DNA of 64,000 bases from Fibrobacterales bacterium (lineage in GTDB: Bacteria > Fibrobacterota > Fibrobacteria > Fibrobacterales > JAOPTW01): NCBI GenBank assembly GCA_051532055.1, contig JAOPTX010000008.1, positions 92,346-156,345 on the forward strand, read 5' to 3'. A program made the translations under genes and the position numbers. Under the pieces are notes generated by a model, which worked only from the letters and a program-made list of their open reading frames with translations, had not been told where the DNA came from and ran no database searches. Each line of letters starts with the position of its first letter. The first letter of the stretch is position 1. Of the stretch, positions 59,255-64,000 are shown piece after piece.

Positions 59255-59286
59255 TTTTACTCTAATCGTTTAAATGAGGGCCTATC

Positions 59287-60567
59287 TTGGACCCCAGTAC
59301 CATTTACCAGTATAGTTATATCGTTCTTATCGGGGCCTTTATACTCTCTATTACCCTATCCCTTACAAAAACTATCTACTCTGTTGTTTTAAGAAATAGT
59401 GACCCTTCTCGGCAACCGACCCCTCACGAAGTGAAAGTGAGTATGCACGCTTCAAAAAAAGGTTTTCTGGAGACAATTGCAATTGGGCGCGTCTTCTACA
59501 ACACTCTTATTGCCATAGTACTCTGGAGCTCTTATCTCAAAAATGTTTCGCTTTTCAATATTCCACTCCTCGACTCAACCATTCTCTTTCTTTTAGAGTG
59601 TATTGCAATATATATCGCCTGTTTCCTTGCTCCCAAAATCATTGGTCACCTAAAACCTTACTCTCTCTTTATAATTGGCCTCTGGGGCTTTAGAGTAAAC
59701 TACATCATTTTTTATATTCCCAGCCGGTTAGTTTCTGCTCTATTTCAAAAAACTCTTAGATACCTCGGATACGATGACAAGATGTCGTTCCTTACTGGCA
59801 ATGAACTAAAAAAACTCGATTCTTACACTCCTTCTGAAAAGCATGGACTTGAAGAAGATGAGAAACAGATGATTAAGAATATCTTTGAATTTGGCGAAAC
59901 CCCTGTTAAAGATATTATGACTCCACGGGTCGAGCTCGTAGCCCTCAATCAAAACAGTGACCTCCAAGAGACTATAGAAACTCTCAACACCTCTCGTTTT
60001 TCAAGAATCCCAGTTTATAATGAAAATATTGATACGATTATAGGAATCCTCAATACCAAAGAATTTCTCGATTGGTATTCTGAATCAAACCGTGCCCCAT
60101 TCTCATTATTGAAATTGGTCACTCCTCCCTATTTTGTAACTCGCGAAAAAAAGATCGATGATCTTATGCGTGAACTCCGAAAAGAACGTACCCACATCGC
60201 CATTGTTGTAGATGATTACGGGGGAACTTCGGGTATCGTGACCCTTGAAGATATTCTCGAAGAAATCGTGGGAGAGATATATGATGAAGATGATGATAAT
60301 GAATTTAGAGTAGAAAAAGTCAAAGAGAACATCTACTTTGTCAATCCAATGATCTCAGTTGGTGATCTTGCAGAATATATTGAACACCATATTGAAACTC
60401 CCGATGATATTGAGGTCGAAACCTTGAGTGGTCTCATTATGGCGACACTCGGTACAGTTCCCCAGAAAGGGGCCCAACTAACCTTAAGTGGTGATATTCA
60501 CATTAAAATCCTTAAAGTTGATGGCCCACGGCTCGAAAAAGTGCTCCTTCGAATTGGTGATGCATAA
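59287..60567 (+). CDS. CNNM/CBS/CorC-domain membrane protein (hemolysin-family transporter)
   Basis: N-terminal TMs, DIMTPR, FSRIPVY, VVDDYGGTSGIVTLEDILEEIVGEI, CorC-like tail. Confidence 0.9.
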   Translation: MDPSTIYQYSYIVLIGAFILSITLSLTKTIYSVVLRNSDPSRQPTPHEVKVSMHASKKGFLETIAIGRVFYNTLIAIVLWSSYLKNVSLFNIPLLDSTILFLLECIAIYIACFLAPKIIGHLKPYSLFIIGLWGFRVNYIIFYIPSRLVSALFQKTLRYLGYDDKMSFLTGNELKKLDSYTPSEKHGLEEDEKQMIKNIFEFGETPVKDIMTPRVELVALNQNSDLQETIETLNTSRFSRIPVYNENIDTIIGILNTKEFLDWYSESNRAPFSLLKLVTPPYFVTREKKIDDLMRELRKERTHIAIVVDDYGGTSGIVTLEDILEEIVGEIYDEDDDNEFRVEKVKENIYFVNPMISVGDLAEYIEHHIETPDDIEVETLSGLIMATLGTVPQKGAQLTLSGDIHIKILKVDGPRLEKVLLRIGDA

Positions 60568-60643
60568 TATCATATAAAAATCACTCTAGTAAAATTCGCT
60601 CAATATGAGTGCATAATCCCTCCCCCTTTTTTACATTTGAGCT

Positions 60644-61372
60644 ATGAGTAAAGAAAAAGATACGATATTTGCCAAGCGAAGCTGGAAACCAGGTGATTTC
60701 ACTTTTAATAAAGAGGTAGCGAGTGTATTTACCGATATGCTTATACGCTCTATACCCAACTACTTAGAAAACCTCGATTTTTTGACTGCGATTGCCAAAG
60801 AATATTGGCAACCAAATACGGCTATTTATGATTTAGGCTGTTCTCAGGGTAACTTAACATACCGTGTTGCTGAGGCACTAAAGGAACAAAGTCCACCAAT
60901 TGTAGCTCTCGATGCTTCTTCTGATATGATTAGTGCATTTCATCACAATGCCCCAGCAGACTACCCTTCAATAGAAGCCCTTTGCACTACTATTCAATGT
61001 GCTTCCTTTACTAGTACCTCCGTTGTATTTGTAAATTATGTACTTCAGTTTGTCTCCCCTGAAGATCGTCTTCCTATCCTTAAAAAGATATATGATGCCC
61101 TCACACCTGGCGGCATACTTCTTATGGGTGAAAAGGTCTGCTTTGCAGACGCAAAACTCCAGACAATTGAGCAAGAATACTACTTCCAATTTAAAAGAAA
61201 CAATGGATACAGTGATACTGAAATTTATCAAAAACGAGAAGCCCTCGAAAACGTTTTAATTCCCGATACTATTGAGCAACATAAACAACGATGTAAGGAA
61301 GCAGGATTTACATTAACCGAAATCTGGTTCAAACGTTTTAATTTTTGCTCATTTATTTGTACCAAAGAGTAA
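60644..61372 (+). CDS. cmoA: Carboxy-SAM synthase CmoA
   Basis: FTFNKEVASVFTDMLIRSIPNY, YDLGCSQG, LQF, FKRNNGYS...KREALENVL. Confidence 0.92.
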   Translation: MSKEKDTIFAKRSWKPGDFTFNKEVASVFTDMLIRSIPNYLENLDFLTAIAKEYWQPNTAIYDLGCSQGNLTYRVAEALKEQSPPIVALDASSDMISAFHHNAPADYPSIEALCTTIQCASFTSTSVVFVNYVLQFVSPEDRLPILKKIYDALTPGGILLMGEKVCFADAKLQTIEQEYYFQFKRNNGYSDTEIYQKREALENVLIPDTIEQHKQRCKEAGFTLTEIWFKRFNFCSFICTKE

Positions 61373-61375
61373 GCT

Positions 61376-62734
61376 ATGGCTAAGAAAATAAAGAAAATAT
61401 TTATCTGTGATTCATGTGGACAGGAAGAGAAAAACTGGCTCGGAAAGTGCCCCGGATGTGGAGAATGGGATACCTTAAAAGAGTTTGTTGAGCCCACCCA
61501 ATCACGAGGTATCGGCAGTGATTCCAAGCCAGGCTCCAAGGCAATTTCTCTTAACGATATTAATATCAGTGCAACTCGAAGGCTTTTAACCGGTAATCAA
61601 GAATTTGATCGTACCCTTGGTGGGGGCTTTGCTCCAAGTTCACTTGTGCTCATTGGTGGCGACCCCGGTATTGGTAAATCGACCCTTCTTCTTCAAACAG
61701 CAACAAACATGCAGACTGCTGGAATATCTACTCTCTATATTACAGGAGAAGAATCCGCAGAACAAATTAAACTCAGAGCAGATCGACTCAATGTAGGAAA
61801 CAGCGACCTTACCATACTCTGTGAAACTGATATTCTCCGTATTTTTGATGCGGTAAAAAAACTTAATCCCGATATTATTATCGTCGATTCAATTCAAACA
61901 ATTTACAAAGAAGCTGTCTCTGGCGCCCCTGGAAGCGCCTCACAAATAAGAGAGTGCACTCTTGACCTCATGGTGTTTACCAAAAGCTTTGGCTGTATTA
62001 CCATACTTATAGGGCATGTAACCAAAGATGGTCAAATTGCAGGCCCCAAAATTTTAGAGCACATGGTTGATGCTGTAGTTTATTTTGAAGGCGATATCAA
62101 TAGCCATTACCGTATTCTCAGATCTATAAAAAACCGTTTTGGAGCCACTAATGAAATTGGTGTTCTCGAAATGACTAACCTTGGATTAACACCTGTAGCT
62201 AACCCAAGTGGTTTTTTTATACAAGAAAACACTCTCAATACTCCGGGCTCATCAGTATGCTGTACACAAGAAGGCTCACGGTCTCTCCTCTTTGAGATAC
62301 AGGCTCTCGTTAACACCTCTAATTATGCCGTACCACAAAAAGTAAGTATGGGAATTGATGGTAAACGAATTACTATCATATTAGCTATTTTGGAGAAGTT
62401 CGCTGGAGTCACTATTGGTAATTCTGATGTTTTTGTTCAAGTTGCAGGTGGGTTAAAAATCGACGATACAACCAGTGATCTAGCCCTTGCTTTTGCTATC
62501 AGTTGTAATCATTTAAATAAATCAATAGAGGGTAAAGTCATCATTATGGGTGAGCTCGGTCTTTCGGGTGAAGTGCGAAGAGTAAATCAGCTTGAAGTAC
62601 GTCTAAAAGAGGCAAAACGTCTAGGATTTGACACAGCTATCGTCCCGACGAGCAATAAAAAAGTAACGATCAGTGGTATGACTATTCATACCATTGATCA
62701 TATAAAAAACCTTTTAGATTTTATAGAACAATAA
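61376..62734 (+). CDS. radA: DNA repair protein RadA/Sms
   Basis: Zn finger CDSCG...CPGCGEW, GGDPGIGKST, KNRFG, GELGLSGEVR. Confidence 0.97.
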   Translation: MAKKIKKIFICDSCGQEEKNWLGKCPGCGEWDTLKEFVEPTQSRGIGSDSKPGSKAISLNDINISATRRLLTGNQEFDRTLGGGFAPSSLVLIGGDPGIGKSTLLLQTATNMQTAGISTLYITGEESAEQIKLRADRLNVGNSDLTILCETDILRIFDAVKKLNPDIIIVDSIQTIYKEAVSGAPGSASQIRECTLDLMVFTKSFGCITILIGHVTKDGQIAGPKILEHMVDAVVYFEGDINSHYRILRSIKNRFGATNEIGVLEMTNLGLTPVANPSGFFIQENTLNTPGSSVCCTQEGSRSLLFEIQALVNTSNYAVPQKVSMGIDGKRITIILAILEKFAGVTIGNSDVFVQVAGGLKIDDTTSDLALAFAISCNHLNKSIEGKVIIMGELGLSGEVRRVNQLEVRLKEAKRLGFDTAIVPTSNKKVTISGMTIHTIDHIKNLLDFIEQ

Positions 62735-62792
62735 GTACCAATACGAGTTCATTTTCAAATGTAAACAAGGAATTTGACTTTGATAATTCTAA

Positions 62793-63968
<1,176 letters not shown>

Positions 63969-64000
63969 TCGAATAAATATTTAGATATACACAAACAAAA

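Overview
AT-rich bacterial chromosomal window, densely coding. The gene repertoire suggests the FCB group, possibly Fibrobacterota (inference only). I saw no rRNA, CRISPR array, transposase or integrase. Contents in order: (1) an operon ending in a SAM methyltransferase translationally coupled to bshC (cut by the window edge); (2) tRNA-Arg(TCT); (3) yajC-def-SpoIID; (4) a receptor-less, CheW-less chemosensory operon cheA-cheR-cheD-HDOD-cheY-cheX-cheB-cheD with a multi-Hpt CheA; (5) valS; (6) an HD-GYP/histidine-kinase cluster; (7) tkt and purL-purQ; (8) an acetolactate-synthase-like decarboxylase plus aldehyde dehydrogenase; (9) a structured intergenic repeat, nfo, a GH1 beta-glucosidase and a 7TM kinase; (10) leuA with an apparently leaderless Leu-rich attenuator; (11) a nitrogen-assimilation locus (amtB, P-II, a P-II remnant, a GAF sigma54 activator, GS type III) with a sigma54 promoter and shared ACA-N4-TGT boxes; (12) ppa, envelope genes, a rhomboid-like pseudoprotease and an alternative sigma70; (13) a secreted FecR-domain protein plus a 1428-aa beta-helix/beta-barrel protein behind a perfect CRP-type box; (14) ybeY, a CNNM/CBS protein, cmoA, radA and tgt. 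Best candidates for undescribed biology: the FecR/beta-barrel module with its CRP-type box, the nitrogen regulon, the candidate N-methyl-bacillithiol operon, the leaderless leu attenuator and the unusual che cluster. All calls come from reading motifs by eye; no searches were run.
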